Positions 38,422-52,992 of a stretch of 64,000 bases of DNA are shown here, piece by piece. Position 1 is the stretch's first letter, and each line of letters starts with the position of its first letter. The notes under the pieces are model-generated. The model was given only the letters and a program-made list of their open reading frames with translations, made no database searches and was not told the origin of the DNA. This DNA comes from Bispira polyomma (taxonomy: Eukaryota). The DNA lies in NCBI GenBank assembly GCA_965649765.1, contig OZ287752.1, positions 3,596,001-3,660,000 of the forward strand. Direction: 5' to 3'. The position numbers were made by a program, and so were the translations under genes.

Positions 38422-39385
38422 ATGGCTGAGAGATTGGAACACCAAGCTATGAAGCGCATACCTACGGCCTTGAGACCTCGTACCAGGAAATCCTATGACG
38501 AGACGTTTAACTTATTCCTGGCCTTCATGACATTCTTACAGCTGACAGTTCCCCACTGCCCACGAACTCTCGTCTGCTATGTAGAGTACCTCATTCAACA
38601 AGGACTCAGAGCTGCGTCTATCAGCAACCACATGTCGACTCTCTCCCATTATTTTGGGCTTTTTGATTGGCCTAAAAATGGTCTTACTTCTAGAAAAGTG
38701 CAAATGTTAATAAAATCAGTTAAGATCAATGCCCCGATCTGACCTAAGGTAAAGGGTGTCCTAACCGTAAACCAACTGAAAAAATTGATTAAAGCAATAC
38801 AAGGTTTATTAAATGCAGAAACATATGTAGCTCTCTTTCTAAGTGCTTATTTTGGCTTTTTTAGGCTTGTTTCCTTAGTACCAAATTCAGTAAAGGAATT
38901 TGATAGGACACGATTTCCCACTAGTACCATATCTCATATGGGGTAATCCGGGTATACATATTGTAATGACGTGTGCAAAAAATATGCACGTATCAGGTCA
39001 ATACCATGTAGTACAATTGTCTTTATTATCCGACAAATTGATATGCCCGATAAAAGCAATTCGACAAATGTGTAAAAAATTTCCTGCTCACGAAGAGTCT
39101 CCTCTATTTTTAATTAAAACTAAAGCTGGTATAGTACCTCTTACAGCCTTTAAAGCTAGATCTTTTCTTAAACTGGCTATTACTAAAATTGGACTTTCTC
39201 CCAAAGCTTTTGGATTTCATGCATTTCGTAGAAGCGGTGCTTCTCTTGCTTTTGACAGCAATGTTAATTTGCAAAATATTAAAACCCATGGAAATTGGAA
39301 GAGTGATGCAGTGTGAACATACCTAAATTCAACTCCAAAAGCTTCCAGTGTAGTACCCACTACCTTTCAAAAATTACTGTCTTAA
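38422..39385 (+). pseudogene. Tyrosine recombinase (integrase) of element #1
   Basis: FFRL (catalytic R), FHAFRRSGAS (HxxR), HGNWKSDAV*TY (H/W and Y); premature stops. Confidence 0.9.
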
Positions 39386-39994
39386 AATTCCTACAACTTA
39401 TTTGGGGTTTGGCCCTTTACAATTGTTTAAAATTTCGATACTTAAGTTTTAGTATCCCCAGACATCCCTCAACTATGGTTAACGATAGCTTAACACTGTA
39501 GGTAAACGGCATGCCTGATTAGTAACTATAAAAGATGTAAGCTAAAATGCTCCATGAGCTAAACCCTTCCCAGCTATATTGTATTATAGGTGTCAGTAGT
39601 AGAGTTTTATTTAACATGTAGATTAATATTAATGTCATAACAAAAGCTGTTAATAATCCTAACAAAAGTGATGTGTCAAAGTAGTTGTGTTAACAGACAG
39701 TGGTGTATAGTAATGCTAACATGTTGTTAATGTTGTAACAAAAAAGGTAACAAATCAATGTTTTAAAATAAACTCCAAATATGTTTTATATACTGCTTTT
39801 CACTTATTGGCTTCTTTCCCATAGGACTGCCAATATTTCAGAAGGTAGGACTAGTACACTAATATGGTATTGTAGATCCCTACATCTCTCTTTTTGGAAC
39901 AGTTTTAAAAATGTTAAACATAAGTGACTTGTACTGAATAATTGTAAGATAATCATGTTGATTAATCATACTGAATAAGTGTATAATAATCATT

Positions 39995-40140
39995 ACCCAT
40001 TTATACACCTGGGTAGAGATGGACAACTTCTGTGTGAAGCTCCTTGTCCAATTGAAGAATCACCAGGCCAACATCAAGGATTAAACCTGGACTCTTTGAT
40101 CCCGAGCCCGAAACTCCCCCCTTCAACTGACGCCGGCCTA
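39995..40140 (-). mobile_element. tRNA-headed SINE fragment
   Basis: Minus-strand B-box-like GGTTTAATCC followed by a SINE-like body (plus strand acccatttatacacctgggt...). Confidence 0.45.
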
Positions 40141-40217
40141 TTTGGGTAATAAATTGTCTTCTCACTAGGATCAGACTTTTTTACTTGAACTTAGTTTTTG
40201 TCCTTTGCTAGGTTCAT

Positions 40218-40294
40218 GGCCCAATTGTGGACCTTTGGCCCAATTGTGGACCTTTGGCCCAATTGTGGACCTTTGGCCCAATTGTGGACCTTTG
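40218..40294. repeat. 19-bp unit x4, perfect
   Basis: ggcccaattgtggaccttt repeated four times. Confidence 0.95.
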
Positions 40295-42619
40295 CTGGCT
40301 CGACTATGATAAATTCAAATGATGTGTGTGTGTTAGATGGAAATATATGAAATCACTTTGTTCCATTTTAGCCTAGCCGACAGAAATCTTTCAACAATTT
40401 ATAGCACCCTGTAGCATGAACCTCCACAACTGGTTAATTAATCAAAAGGGAACCCGGTGGGAGGGGGGGGGGGGCATAGACGGTATATACCACCACCAGA
40501 AAACAATGTGCTTGATTAAATATTACTCACACCCAGAGCACAGCATATTTGCCTGAGGCCTTGTTCTTAGAGTTTATTAGAAAGCTCCTGCAATTTGTGT
40601 GTTCTTTAGATCTTTGGGGGTGGTATTTACTAAAAGGGCTAAGTAATAGTAATGGAGTGTATTTCATAGACATCAAACCTCATGTGGAAATGTATCAGTG
40701 TTATATTAGTTGCCTAAGCAGATTGTTAAATACAATTTCACACTTCTTTAATTGAAGAAACTAAATCATACCGTTGAGCTCTGTCATAGCCATATTAAAA
40801 TATGTATTACTGCACTACTTTTGGCCTAAAATGAATGGTCACTGTTTCTCATAATGTTGATGACAAAGCAAACATATGTCAGTGAATTGAATATATGGGC
40901 TTCTCTCCGATCAAAGTGAACAATTCAAAAAACAAAAAATAACTGTGTAAATCTTTGTAATGCCAACATGCTACATAACATTTCAACTCGGCTTGAAATA
41001 ATTAATAACGTTAAATAACACATTGTTATATTCATCACATAGGCACTGGCTGTGTATGCGGGAAAGTTGAAAGTAGACTTGCTGAAGGTTGGTGGTTTGC
41101 CAATGCCAATTGTTATCATTTTAGTTTAATGATATGATATTGGAGATTTTTAACATGTACAATTGATTCTAATAAAGCACAACGTCATTGACAAACTTGG
41201 AAAAATCATAGCCCATTTGCAATGTGAAGTGCTGGTTGCTTCCCCAGGTTTGGAACACATTGCAATAGATTTTCTGAGAAACCAGCCTCTGTATAGCACA
41301 AATCTCCACTCAGACTATTAAGTCTTTGCTCGAACTCAATATCATTAAAAAAACCTTCTTCCTCAAATTCAGTATTTCCATTTTAAAGTTGATTGTTCTG
41401 AAATATTAACAACAAAGAAATGGTTTATTTTGTTTACATTTTAAGGCTGACTTTTATCTTTGATATATAAATGTATAGTGTACAGACAGAACATTCCCAT
41501 GTCAAAATGGGGCGGGGTGAAGTAATATTGGCGGGAGGGTTGTTTAAATGGTCAAATACGGTAATTTGTAACTGTATTAAATCATGTAAGAATAACTACA
41601 TAGAAACAATGTGAAAATTGGCCAAACTAAGACATCCTTATACCTCAAATAGTTGGCAGATTGTAAGTGGATCTTCTCTTAATGTGTGTTGCACCTTAAT
41701 GGTTATTATAAGGAATTTACTACTTTGTGGCAATACACCTGTATTCCCTTCCATTAAATGCATTTTTAACCAGTGGATAATCGTTGGGTTTGTTTCCATA
41801 CACACGTAAAAGCCATCCATACACACGTCATGCGTACACGGCAAAATATTCAGCTCTTCTTGAGAGTGTTTTTATTCAGTGTTCGTCATGTGTAAACGTC
41901 AAAAATGCCTTTGGTGTAGCGCCAGATTTTTACTTTCCTTTTTTCGTCATGGGTGGGGGGGGGGAGGGGGATTTGGCAAGTGGAGTGCCATATTTATACC
42001 CCCCTTGCCAAATTTTTACTTCCCAAATTATAATGGCTATATGGGCATAAGACAAACTATTAATAGCAGGTAGTATGTGGGTTTTCATTTATATATGAAG
42101 GCAAATTCATCTAGGTAGTGACCCTATTATTGTAATTTTTAACAGGTTTGAGAGTTATTGTAATGTAATGAGTTTGTTTATTACATTAACAAAAAACACT
42201 ACTTTTATTGAACTATAAATATTTTTTTTAATTGATTTTTATATTGCCCATTTCTGTACATACAAATTGAAATTTACATGTATTGTTACATTACAAATAA
42301 CATATATATATTTACATAGGAAATCCAAATTTTTAAATAATTGAAGATGTAGAATATAGATATGAATTGTGAATTTTACCATTTCTGTAAAATAGTACAG
42401 TTGTACACCTATTTTTATACACACATTGAATTGGAATATTCTATTAAACTGACTTATAAGCCTTAAGGCTGGGTTTCAGTACATTTAATAAGACATGTTA
42501 AACTTTTTATATCTGTATACGTAAAACATAATGTCGGTATAATTAAGTAATTTATCTATCTATTTATATATATAATACACATTCATAAATCTTTGAAGTT
42601 AACTAGGTTACTAGATAAT

Positions 42620-43060
42620 TGGCTTCTCATTGTGGTATACACCACAAAGCTGGCTTCATTACTTAATAACTGATTGTGGCTTATCATAGCAAAAGTCATC
42701 AGTACCTTGATTACTTAATTGTTTGATTAACTGGATTACGAGATGATTGAATGTGGCTTCTCATTGTAGTATATACTCCCTACCACAAAGCTGGCTTGAT
42801 TACTTAATAACTGAATGTGGCTTGTCATAGTAAAAGTCATCAGAACCTTGATTACTTGATTGTTTTATTAACTGGTTTCCTAGATGATTGAATGTTGCTT
42901 ATTGTATAGACTACCACAAAGCTGGCTCGATTACTTAATAACTAAATGTGGCTTGTTATAGTGTGAAAGTCTTACCTTGATTACTTGATTGCAAGTGGCT
43001 TCACATAATATAGTTTACCAGCATTAAGCTTACTTGATTACTTAACTAAATGTGGTTTCA
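42620..43060. repeat. Diverged ~130-145-bp tandem repeat, ~3 copies
   Basis: accacaaagctggct...ttacttaataact...tgtggctt...accttgattactt recurs at ~42641, ~42782, ~42914. Confidence 0.8.
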
Positions 43061-43499
43061 CGTAGTGTGGTAAACAATTTTGGATGGTAACTCCATAAAT
43101 ACCCTTTGAAATTATCTTGATAAGGGCTTCTTACTTTTAAATAGTAATATTAGACACATGGCTTTTCTTAAAAAATGGACAACTTTAAGTGTATATAAAG
43201 AGGTGCCGTAAAAGTTAATTTCATTATATTTCATGTGTTGTTAGTTAATGAAAGAGTTGTATGAAATGTTTTTTTATTTAATTTAAGTAACACTATCTGA
43301 ATTGTTCATGCGATAATTATAAAAAGACAGACTCTTATCAGTACCAGCCACACCTCCTAAGTTATTAGCCTTATCCAAGTCATCCCATGCCATATCAACA
43401 ATTAACCAGTATTTTTACAATCATACTTTGTTTTACAAACAATATTTTAATCATTGTTTTATTTTTTTTACCACTACTTCACAACATAAATACTGCCTT

Positions 43500-45545
43500 T
43501 CTTTGTTTTAAAATCCACCTCTTTCTATGGATTCCCTTACTTACCTCTCTCTGTGGCGATGTTCAAATAAACCCTTTTCCGATCAAATCTAAACATTGGT
43601 GCCTTCAATGCCAGATCCATCCGCAATAAGATGCCTTCAGTCATGCTCCTTGGGTTTCTAAGGTCCTACCACTTTCTGACCCCCTTGAATGGACCAACGC
43701 AAACATCAAGGAAGCTAAAAGGCATAAACGTCAACTTGAGAGGCTATGGCGACACTTAATAAACACTTGACAGGAAGCGCTACAGAATCACCACAAACCA
43801 CTTCAATGCATTAATGACCAAAGCCAAAAAAGAGCACTATGATTCAATCATCAATGAGAATTCAAACTCACCAAAAAGGTTATGGAGCTCCATAGATAAA
43901 ATACTCCACCGCACAGCTGAACAAGTTCTGCCTGAAAATCATTGCTTCACATTTCTTACAGAAAAAGGAAATGTTTTCATTGAAAAAATAACTAAAATTC
44001 ATGAAGGTTTTTCAACAATGCTACAGTTTTCTTCATCATCCCCTGGCTACATAGTTTCAAATCCATTACATTTTAACCCACTTTCTGAGAACAAACTCAT
44101 ACACAAACAAACTCATAAAATCCAACTCTATCAAATCCTGTTAACTGGATCCTATCCCTGCCGCTGTTCGCACGGAATGTCTAGACATTCTCATAACTCC
44201 TATTACAAACATCATCAATTTTTTGCTTAGAGATCGTATATTTCCCTCTTGTTTCAAAACCGCATATGTCCCCCCCTTGCTGAAAAACAGGCCTTGACAA
44301 AAATGGGCTAAAAAACTATAGACCAGTCTCTAACCTCAGCTTTGTATCTAAACTTATTGAGAAAGCTGTTGCTAAAGAAATCCATGACCACCTTAATAAA
44401 CAAAATCTAGCTAACTCCTACTAATCTGCCTACAGAAAATTTCACTCCACAGAGAGAGTGCCCTCCTTTCAATTATTGATGACATTAACCTTGCCTTGGA
44501 TTGAGATGACACTGTAGCCCCCACACTTCTTGATCTCTCTGCGGCTTTTGATACCATCAACCATGGCTTACTCTTTGACACCCTTAGACAGTGGTTTGGT
44601 CTTAATGCCACTGTCCTTGATTTGCTTAAGTCTTACCTCGCTCTTAGAACCCAAAAAATCGAATTGGGCGACCACTTTCATCCTCTTTTAACCTACCTTT
44701 GGGAGTACCCCAGGGGTCAGTCCTCGGTCCTCTACTTCTTACCCTCTACACTCGTCCTCTCAGTGCAGTCATCAATAATCACAATGTTAAACATCACATG
44801 TATGCTGATGACATGACACACAACTATCTCTCTCTTAATCTTCATAATGCCGGAAACAACATTGACTTACTTGCCGACTGTCTTGCCTCAGTTCAGGCGT
44901 GGATGAACTACTCCAAACTGAAATTAAACCCAGATAAAACTGAATTCATCCTAATTGGCAACAAGAAACACAGTGAATAATTAAGATCACATTTCCCAAT
45001 CACACTAGTGGGCAATGATATTCAACCTTCAGACCAGGTCAAAAACCTAGGTGTCACTATCAACCCTGCTTTTTTTTCATTCCTTTCTCACATTAACAAC
45101 ATTCGCCCTTCCTGTCACTATCACATTCGGGACATCAAAAGAATCAGAAATTATCTGTCACTTAATACTGCTTTCACTATGGCCAACGCTCTTGTAAGTG
45201 GCTGCCTTGACTACTGTAATTCTCTTCTGTGTGGAGCTTATAAGTCCCACATAAACAAGTTACAGTCCATTTAAAACTATCTATGTAGAGTCATCTTTCA
45301 TTTAGGAATCCATACTGATGTCACTCCATACCTCAAAAAACTCCACTGGCTTCCTATTCTCTACCGAATCCTGTTTAAAATGCACATAACCACCTTTAAA
45401 GCTGTTGTCTCTCAAGAGCCTTGCTACCTTGCTAATAAACTCTCCTTCAGCAACCTTAAAAGGGGAAACAGACTATCCTCTAAAAGACCCACTAAGAGGG
45501 CTGGATCTAGAGCTTTCTCGGTCGCCACCCTTATGTTATGAAATG
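43500..45545 (+). mobile_element. L2-clade LINE relic (ORF2 with internal deletions)
   Basis: LCGDVQINP, NIGAFNARSIRNK (EN start), [57 protein letters not shown]. Confidence 0.88.
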
Positions 45546-45959
45546 GAATATCCAAGGATATAACTATGTGTAACTTCACAAACAGTACAGTAGATAGTAA
45601 GCACAATATGTAGTTCAATGGTAACATAAACAAGAAGTAAATGTTACTTTTTCCATTAGTATTAATTCATAAAAGGGAAGAACAATATAATAATATATAT
45701 CTGTGTCAGTGAAAAGCAAAGCTTCAACTGGCTACACACAGGTTTTTCAACACTTCAACCCCAGCTGGTAAATATCAGTGATGGACTAAGCCTCACATAC
45801 AAAGTTAGCCTTTCTTTGGCGATATTAATGTGATTATGTATTTGATATAATCGTTATATGTAGAGCTGTCTATAGGACAGGTTTAAAGATTTTCACTGTT
45901 TGACAAATCGATGGGTGTAAAAATGTGTAAATATATCAAGGACAAAAGGCATAATGTTA

Positions 45960-47700
45960 GCTTTTGAGTGGAATTGTAAAACGTTTTCATTGCTTGGACT
46001 AAAGTTTGACATCAGCCTGGAATAAACGGACACTAACACCTCTTGGAAGAGTAACAGTTATAAAAACAGTGATTTTATCAAAATTGAATCATTTATTTAT
46101 GGCTATCCCTCTACCAAATATGGATTTCTATAAACACATAAATGCACTCCTTTATAACTTCCTGTGGGAAGGAAAACCAGGAAAAATATCTGTAAGTATG
46201 AATTAAAAATATGTTGACGGTGGACTAAAATGATCAACATTGAACATTTTGTAAAGGCCCTAAAGAGTACATGGATTAGAAGACTGATTATATCACAAAA
46301 TTCACAGTGGTCCAAACTTTTTGAGTTGATACATTCGACCATTGCAAAGATTACCCATTTTGGTCAATATTGTTTTTTTTTGGCAGGGAATTTTCCAAAT
46401 TATTTCTTCTCATTCTCTGAACAGTACAAAGTGCACAGCATATTTTGCGAACTCCAATATGGTACAATGAGATTATTAGTAAAACAAATCTCTTTAAGTT
46501 GAGATGGTATCAAAAAGGAATTACAGTTGAAGGAGACCTTGTACAGAATGGCAATATGTTAAGTAAAGAGATATTGGAGTCACTATATAACCTTCCTAAC
46601 ATTAATTTTATTGAAAACTACCAAGTAAAAGCTGATCTGCTTCAGTTTATAAAGAAAACAAATGTGAATTTATCTTCTGATCTTGAAAGACCCTTTATTC
46701 CAGTACATTTATCAATACTGCTTTAGAGTAAAAAGGGTTGCAAAAGATATATATAACGTTATGAATAAATCTTACGTAGAAAGCAAAGACAAATTAAAAT
46801 GGAATAAAGATGTAAACATGAATATTGATACTACTACTGGAAAAAGAATATTTTATATATGTTTTAACACTGTAAAAGATAATAAACTCATTTGGTTTCA
46901 ATATAAAATTCTGCATCGTGTACTTGGAACAAGAGAACTTTTATTCAAAATGTCTATTTCTGAATCAGAGTCTTGCAGATTGTGCAACTCTAACACTGAA
47001 ACCCTGCCTCAGTTGTTAACGCAATGCCAGCATGTAAAACAAATATGGAAAGACATGCAACTATGGATGAAATTGTCATTAAACATTGATTTGAATATTA
47101 CCTCGGAAGAAATATTATTCGGTTACTTATTAAAAGATGCAATGTTCCTTCCAATTAATATCATCTTCATTGTAACCAAATATTATATCTACTCCTGTAC
47201 CAGAAATAGTACCTCTTTAAACTTTGATATCTTAAGAAAAAACTTACATATGTGTATGAATGTGAATATTATGTATATATAATGAAGAAAATTTGTTTAA
47301 TGAGGTATGGTCCCGATTTTCTAATATGTTTGACTACAAACCAGTAAGTGATTAACAGGTATGCAATGCAGAATTGACAGTTAAGATATATGTAAGTTAA
47401 CCATTATTGATAAGATAAATCATTCCATTTACATGTGTAGCAAATTACCTTGTTAACTATTGTGTTATTGGTAATGTATTTAAATATCAGTGTACTTGTT
47501 TGAGTTGTTGTATATAGAATACAGTGAAGTAAATATGAATTACAGAATTTACTGAAAGAGTATATCAAAGTCTATTGCTGTGTCTTCATGTATAATAATT
47601 GTATTTCCATGTTATTTAATAATGTATATACTGGTATATTGTAACTACCTTTGTACCTTCATAATGGAGAATAAAGTTTTTGAATATTTAAAATAAAAAA
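45960..47700 (+). mobile_element. Tx1/L1 LINE 3' portion with 3'UTR and A-rich end
   Basis: LTPLGRVTVIKT, FLWEGK, WIRRL, WFQYKILHR, CRLC...ETLPQL..QC; aataaa...aaataaaaaa at ~47670-47700. Confidence 0.85.
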
Positions 47701-47979
47701 TGTTAGCTATAGTGAAGCATTGAAAAGCACAAGTAGTAGTAGTAATTCTATGTTTGCACACAGTAACACAGTATTAAATGTACAAATAATGGGGTGACCA
47801 TGTGCGGCAAGAGAAAAAAAAGCTAAAACAAAATGTCAAAAAGGGTAACTTTCAAGCACAAAAGAGTGTGAAAGGCCAAATTAATATTAATTCAAATGTT
47901 GGCAACTTGACTGTCACTTCTGTGGGCTTTGAAACAAAAGCGGAATAAACGTGAGCTATTACAAAAGGCGGCTTCGAAT

Positions 47980-50590
47980 GACACTCATAAACAATGGCAG
48001 GAACAAAGTGGCTTTGCATATGGGTTCACACCTCTTCAACCTTGGGCAACAAGATTGTAGACCAAGGGGGGAGGAAACAAACTTATCATATTAGAAATGC
48101 ATGAAAAATTGTGTGCTGATGGTATATTTAACCACAGCGGGTTGAAAATTCCTGTACATTCTCAACTTACACCAGATAACTGTGGGAAATATTTAAAAAC
48201 ATATTGGGATTGGCAATTGCCTCTACTTATTAAATATGGATTTCCCCTGGACGCATGTCAGACAATTCACACTAAGTCTGATGGAAATAATCATAAATGA
48301 GGCTCTTGAACATGTTGACACATACATGAAGAAAGAATGCGAATTCAGTGCAAAGCTGGGCCCTTACGACACACCACCAATTCGAAATTTGCAGTGTTCT
48401 CCACTTATGACCAGGCATAAGCCAAATTTGGTTAACAGGTGGGTCATTGTGGACTTAAGTTGGCCACAAGGTGGTTCAGTAATGCAGGGGCATCGCCCAC
48501 CTCATATCTGGGTGTCGAGTTCTTACTGTTATATTCATCTATTAACAGCCTGACTACTGAAGTTTCAAATTGGGAAAGGGTTGTCATATATTCAAGTTGG
48601 ACCTAAGCAGGGCATTCAAGCACGTCCCTATCGACCCGGTGACATTGACCTTCTATGCCTAAATTAAAAATCTTACTTTGTAGATAAGTCATTGCCATTT
48701 GGTTATCAGAATGGCTTAACTATAATTCACAGAATGTTGGATGCAGTGCTTTCATAATGAAGTCAGTAGCTCATAACGTCCACAATTATATCGACAATTT
48801 TCTATGTGTCTCACTACCCAGTAAAATTTTAAAAACCTTTAATAGGCTGCAAGAATTGCTTCCCGAGCTTGGTTTGACAGTGACTCAACAGCAACTGGTA
48901 AACCCGAGCACGAAGGTGATTTGTTTAAGTATTGTGATTAACACAATCGAATGCACCACAGCAATGCAGTTTGAAAAGCTGGAAGAAATTATAAGTAGAT
49001 GTAATGAATGGACGTAAAAAAACTACTGTACCAATCGAGACCTACAGTCTCTGTTAGGGCTTTTGCTGTATGTATCAAAATGTATCAAGAATGCGTGAAT
49101 ATTCTTGAATACAATGTTGAGCTGCTACATGATAATCACAGCCAAAAAAAACAATTAAGGTTACTGTATCAAGGTTACTGATGAATTCAAACGCGATCTG
49201 GATTGGTTTTGCACATTTACAGACCAATTTAATGGAGTGTCATTTTTCCTACACAAGCCTGTAACAGAGGAAATATAACTAGATGCCTACCTTACAGGCA
49301 TAGCGGCACATATGCAAACCAAATTTAACAAATATACTTCCCTGGGCATATGACAAATATGAATTTACAAATTTTATACATTTTGGTAGCTATCAAAATA
49401 TGGGCTGAAAAATGGAAGGGGAAGAATATTCTAGTTAAGTGTGATAATCAGGCAGTGGTCAGTGTGCTGCAGACAGGGCATACCAGAGACCCCACCTTGG
49501 CCGCTTATACTAGAAATATATACATGCTAGCAAGTAAATTTGACATAGAAATTGTAGTAATACATATTTTAGGTAGAAAAAATTAAATACCTGACCTGCT
49601 GTCCAGATGGAGTGAAACTGAAAGCAATCACCACTTGCTTTATAAATTAATTGGTCCAGTTCAATGGCTACCTGCTTGTGAAAACTTACTTAATGTGAAT
49701 ACACTTATGTAGCAAATTTTAGATATATTGCAGAAACTCATCCTGTGGGCTTGGCCTTGATGAAAAATGCTTGTGAGAGGCTCAACACAGATTTTACACC
49801 AGTCACAAATAAGGCCTATGATAGAATTTTCAGGGAAGTCCTAGCTTTTGGAGCCTTTATTGTTGGCCTCCCCATAAGGTGACTATGTGGCAATTATTAG
49901 CTTATTTAGAGTTTCTGAATTTCAATGGTGTGTCAGCCACTCAAGTGGCTAATCAAATTTCTGCTATTAAGGCACAACATATTTTACTAAATATCAATGT
50001 GGAAGCTTTCTCAGACCAGAGAATCAGCTATTATACCAAAGCTTTAGTTATGCGTATACCAAAAATGTGACAGCACAAACATGGGGCAAATATTTAAAAC
50101 TGTACACTTGACTAGCTTCATTACTTTCTTGCCCCTATCTAATCTGTGTCAGCATTCGATTGGGTCATTTTCACCTCTGAAGCAGTTAGCCAGAGCTGAC
50201 GTTTTGTTCAAACCATGGTATGCTGTACTAATGATCAAATGGTTGAAAAATATGCAGACTAACGATGCAGTCAGATTGCTTACCAACCCGAGCATACCAA
50301 ATTTGATACTTTGCCCTGTGTAGGCTTTGAAAACTGTACTCACTGATTCACAGACATCTCAAGAATATTCTGCTTCTACTCGGGTCACAACACTCTGGTT
50401 TGATGTTTAACGCTTTCCGACGTTCCGGAGCTACCTTTGCGTTCAATAACAATGTAAAAATTCAAAGATATTCAAATGCAGGGCATCTGGACGTCGGACT
50501 GCGTTAGGCACTTCATCTCAGATTCTGCACACGCTGGTACTCAGGTGGCAGATTCTTTCGGAACGATCCTACAAAATACCTACTAAAAAT
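47980..50590 (+). mobile_element. Ngaro/DIRS-type retrotransposon #2, heavily degenerate RT-RH-YR
   Basis: YGFPL, SPLMTR, VIVDLSWP, DLSRAF, NYIDNF, KCDN, DLLSRW, AFRRSGATFAF, GIWTSD. Confidence 0.88.
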
Positions 50591-50597
50591 TGGCGTT

Positions 50598-52633
50598 TGG
50601 TAGTCTGACAAAGATTTAGTCAGTTTAACATCTTAAAAATGATAAATAATATATAATTTTAATTCAAATAGTTTACCTTTTGGGGCATAAAGTTCCCCTT
50701 CACCAATAAGTACATAATGTACCCCTGCATATAAAGTTAAATTTAAAATTTGTTCACCTTAAACTATCAACTCTTCATGTTTGAACGTAAACTCAAATTT
50801 CTATAAACTTTTCAAACTTAAACTCTTAAACTAACTTATGTTAAGGTGACCTTATGCCCAGAATATTTTACCTTGTTATTGAACTGTATATAAACATTGC
50901 TAGTATTAGATTTTATATATAATAAAATATTTAACCGCATTCCTTGTCCTGTCTTCAAAGTTTGTTGGTTAAATGTATTCTGATCTGACCACACACCCAA
51001 GAACTGTGTAAGGGAATGCACCAAGCGTTCTCGGCCTCAGTTCTGAGGTACCAGGCTGATCACTATTATGGGATGGATGGGCGAGTATATAAGCCATCCC
51101 CCGTTCAAATTCTCCCGCCTTTTTACCGTTTCGTCAACAGAAGAACTAGTATTTAAAAAACCCACCCTCCACTTCCCTGTTTTAAAAGTTTACTTGTAGT
51201 TTCAGATGTTAATGGACGAGTGTGACTGTGCTTATCAATATATATGGACACCATTTGTGGGGTTGCATTCTCTTCCCATTGACGAGACGTGTGCGCGCTT
51301 TGGTGTCTATATTATACCACAAGTCTGGGACCTGGCTGGTTTGTCTGTGCCTCTTCTTTGCTTGTTTCGAGCTGGTTGTTTATGAACAGTGATGGCAAAC
51401 GATCGTGCCTGGGCTTGGTCCCTGAATATATCTTGGTGGTTGGAAGTTTCAATTGTGGAGCGTCAGTATTTCTTGGAGCCTCAGTATTTCTGGATCCTGG
51501 ATGATGTTTTCTTCTGGAAAAGACCAATTTCCTATTGTTATTGTTATTAATTGACCTTATGTTAAAGAGACTATGCTTATTTAAAATTTTAATATCTAAG
51601 GTTAAGGGGTCGTATTGCTCGACCATGTAAGGTATCTTTAAAATTTAGCTTGCAGGGAAATTTAGAAACAAAAACTCTGGGCTTCAAGATGGCTGTCATA
51701 GTTAAATATGATTGAATAATATCTGGGCTGAAGGCTGAACGAGATAAAAATGATGTACATAGAAAGGTTTCTTTTAACTATGGTACATTATAGGCTTATA
51801 TCTAAACTTGTTTGAATATCATAATATACATGATTTCATTTACAAAGCTCAGTGTTGATGATGTTGTTCATATAAATATTATACAGGACCTATTAGGTCT
51901 GAGGGAGGAAGGAAATAGTTTTTAACCCATCAGGTAATAAATGGGATATTAAAATATTTATGTACAGTATAATATAACATGTAGTATTCTTTCTTGTGTA
52001 CATATTATGTGTTGTTAATTATGTTTGTTTGTTCCTATCATGTTTGTAAATTATAAGAAAAGTACTTTGAGTACGAATAAACTATATATATATTTTACTT
52101 GTAGAATGGTTCATTCTAGCAAAGAAAACAGCAATTAATGATATATTGTTACAATTTTACATTATTTTATGAATTTTCTTTTAACCTTTTCTAATTTACA
52201 ATCAAACACACTTATAAGTTATTATGTATGTACCATGGTTATTATATGAATCTTGTGTTAAAATTTATATACATATGTGAATGGTGGTCTCACTAAAAGA
52301 TTTAGTCAGTTTAACATCTTAAAAATGAGAAATAATATGTAATTTAATTTGACAGTAAACATAATAGTTCACCTTTTTGGGCATAAGGTCCCCCTTCACC
52401 ACAACGTTACATAATGTACTCCTGCATTTAAAGTTAGACTTAAACCCTAGTCAAACTTTAAATTTGTTAACCTTAAACTATCAACACTTTAAGTTTGAAC
52501 GTAAAATCAAATTTCTATAAAGATTGCTAATATAAGATATTATACATATTAAAAAATTTAACCGCATTCCTTGTCCTGTCTTCAAAGTTTGTTGGTTAAA
52601 TGTATTCTGATCTGATCACACACCGAGGAACTG
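50598..52633. repeat. Direct repeat pair 50598-51006 / 52282-52633 at the 3' end of element #2
   Basis: aagatttagtcagtttaacatcttaaaaatga ... accgcattccttgtcctgtcttcaaagtttgttggttaaatgtattctgatctga present in both. Confidence 0.88.
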
Positions 52634-52928
52634 GGAGACTATTCCACAACATGGGGGGCAGTAATAGAGAGAGAGCTCTAAATTCAGCTCTACATCCAGC
52701 CCTCTTAAAGAATGGGAAGTCAATGTAGTTTTTTCTAGGTATGGAGACATATATACTTGTGATGTCACATGATTGTGTAAAGTATAGATTTTATTTAATG
52801 AATAATTATTGCAAGGCACACTTCAGAATGAAATTTGCCACAAAAACAAGATTTTCAACATTTCAAAAGAACTAAACTGAACTTATATATTTTCCTTGAT
52901 TAATATCATAATTTTTGTCTATATTTTT

Positions 52929-52971
<43 letters not shown>

Positions 52972-52992
52972 TTAATCTTGCAGACCTTAGAC

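Larger units (their letters stand above)
33300..39400 (+). mobile_element. Ngaro/DIRS-type tyrosine-recombinase retrotransposon #1 (gag-RT-RH-YR, no methyltransferase seen); ends approximate
   Basis: Gene order and motifs listed for its component ORFs. Confidence 0.9.

Noticed and set aside
38359-39316. Phage integrase / prophage
   Set aside because: The recombinase follows gag, RT and RNase H in DIRS/Ngaro order; no phage genes
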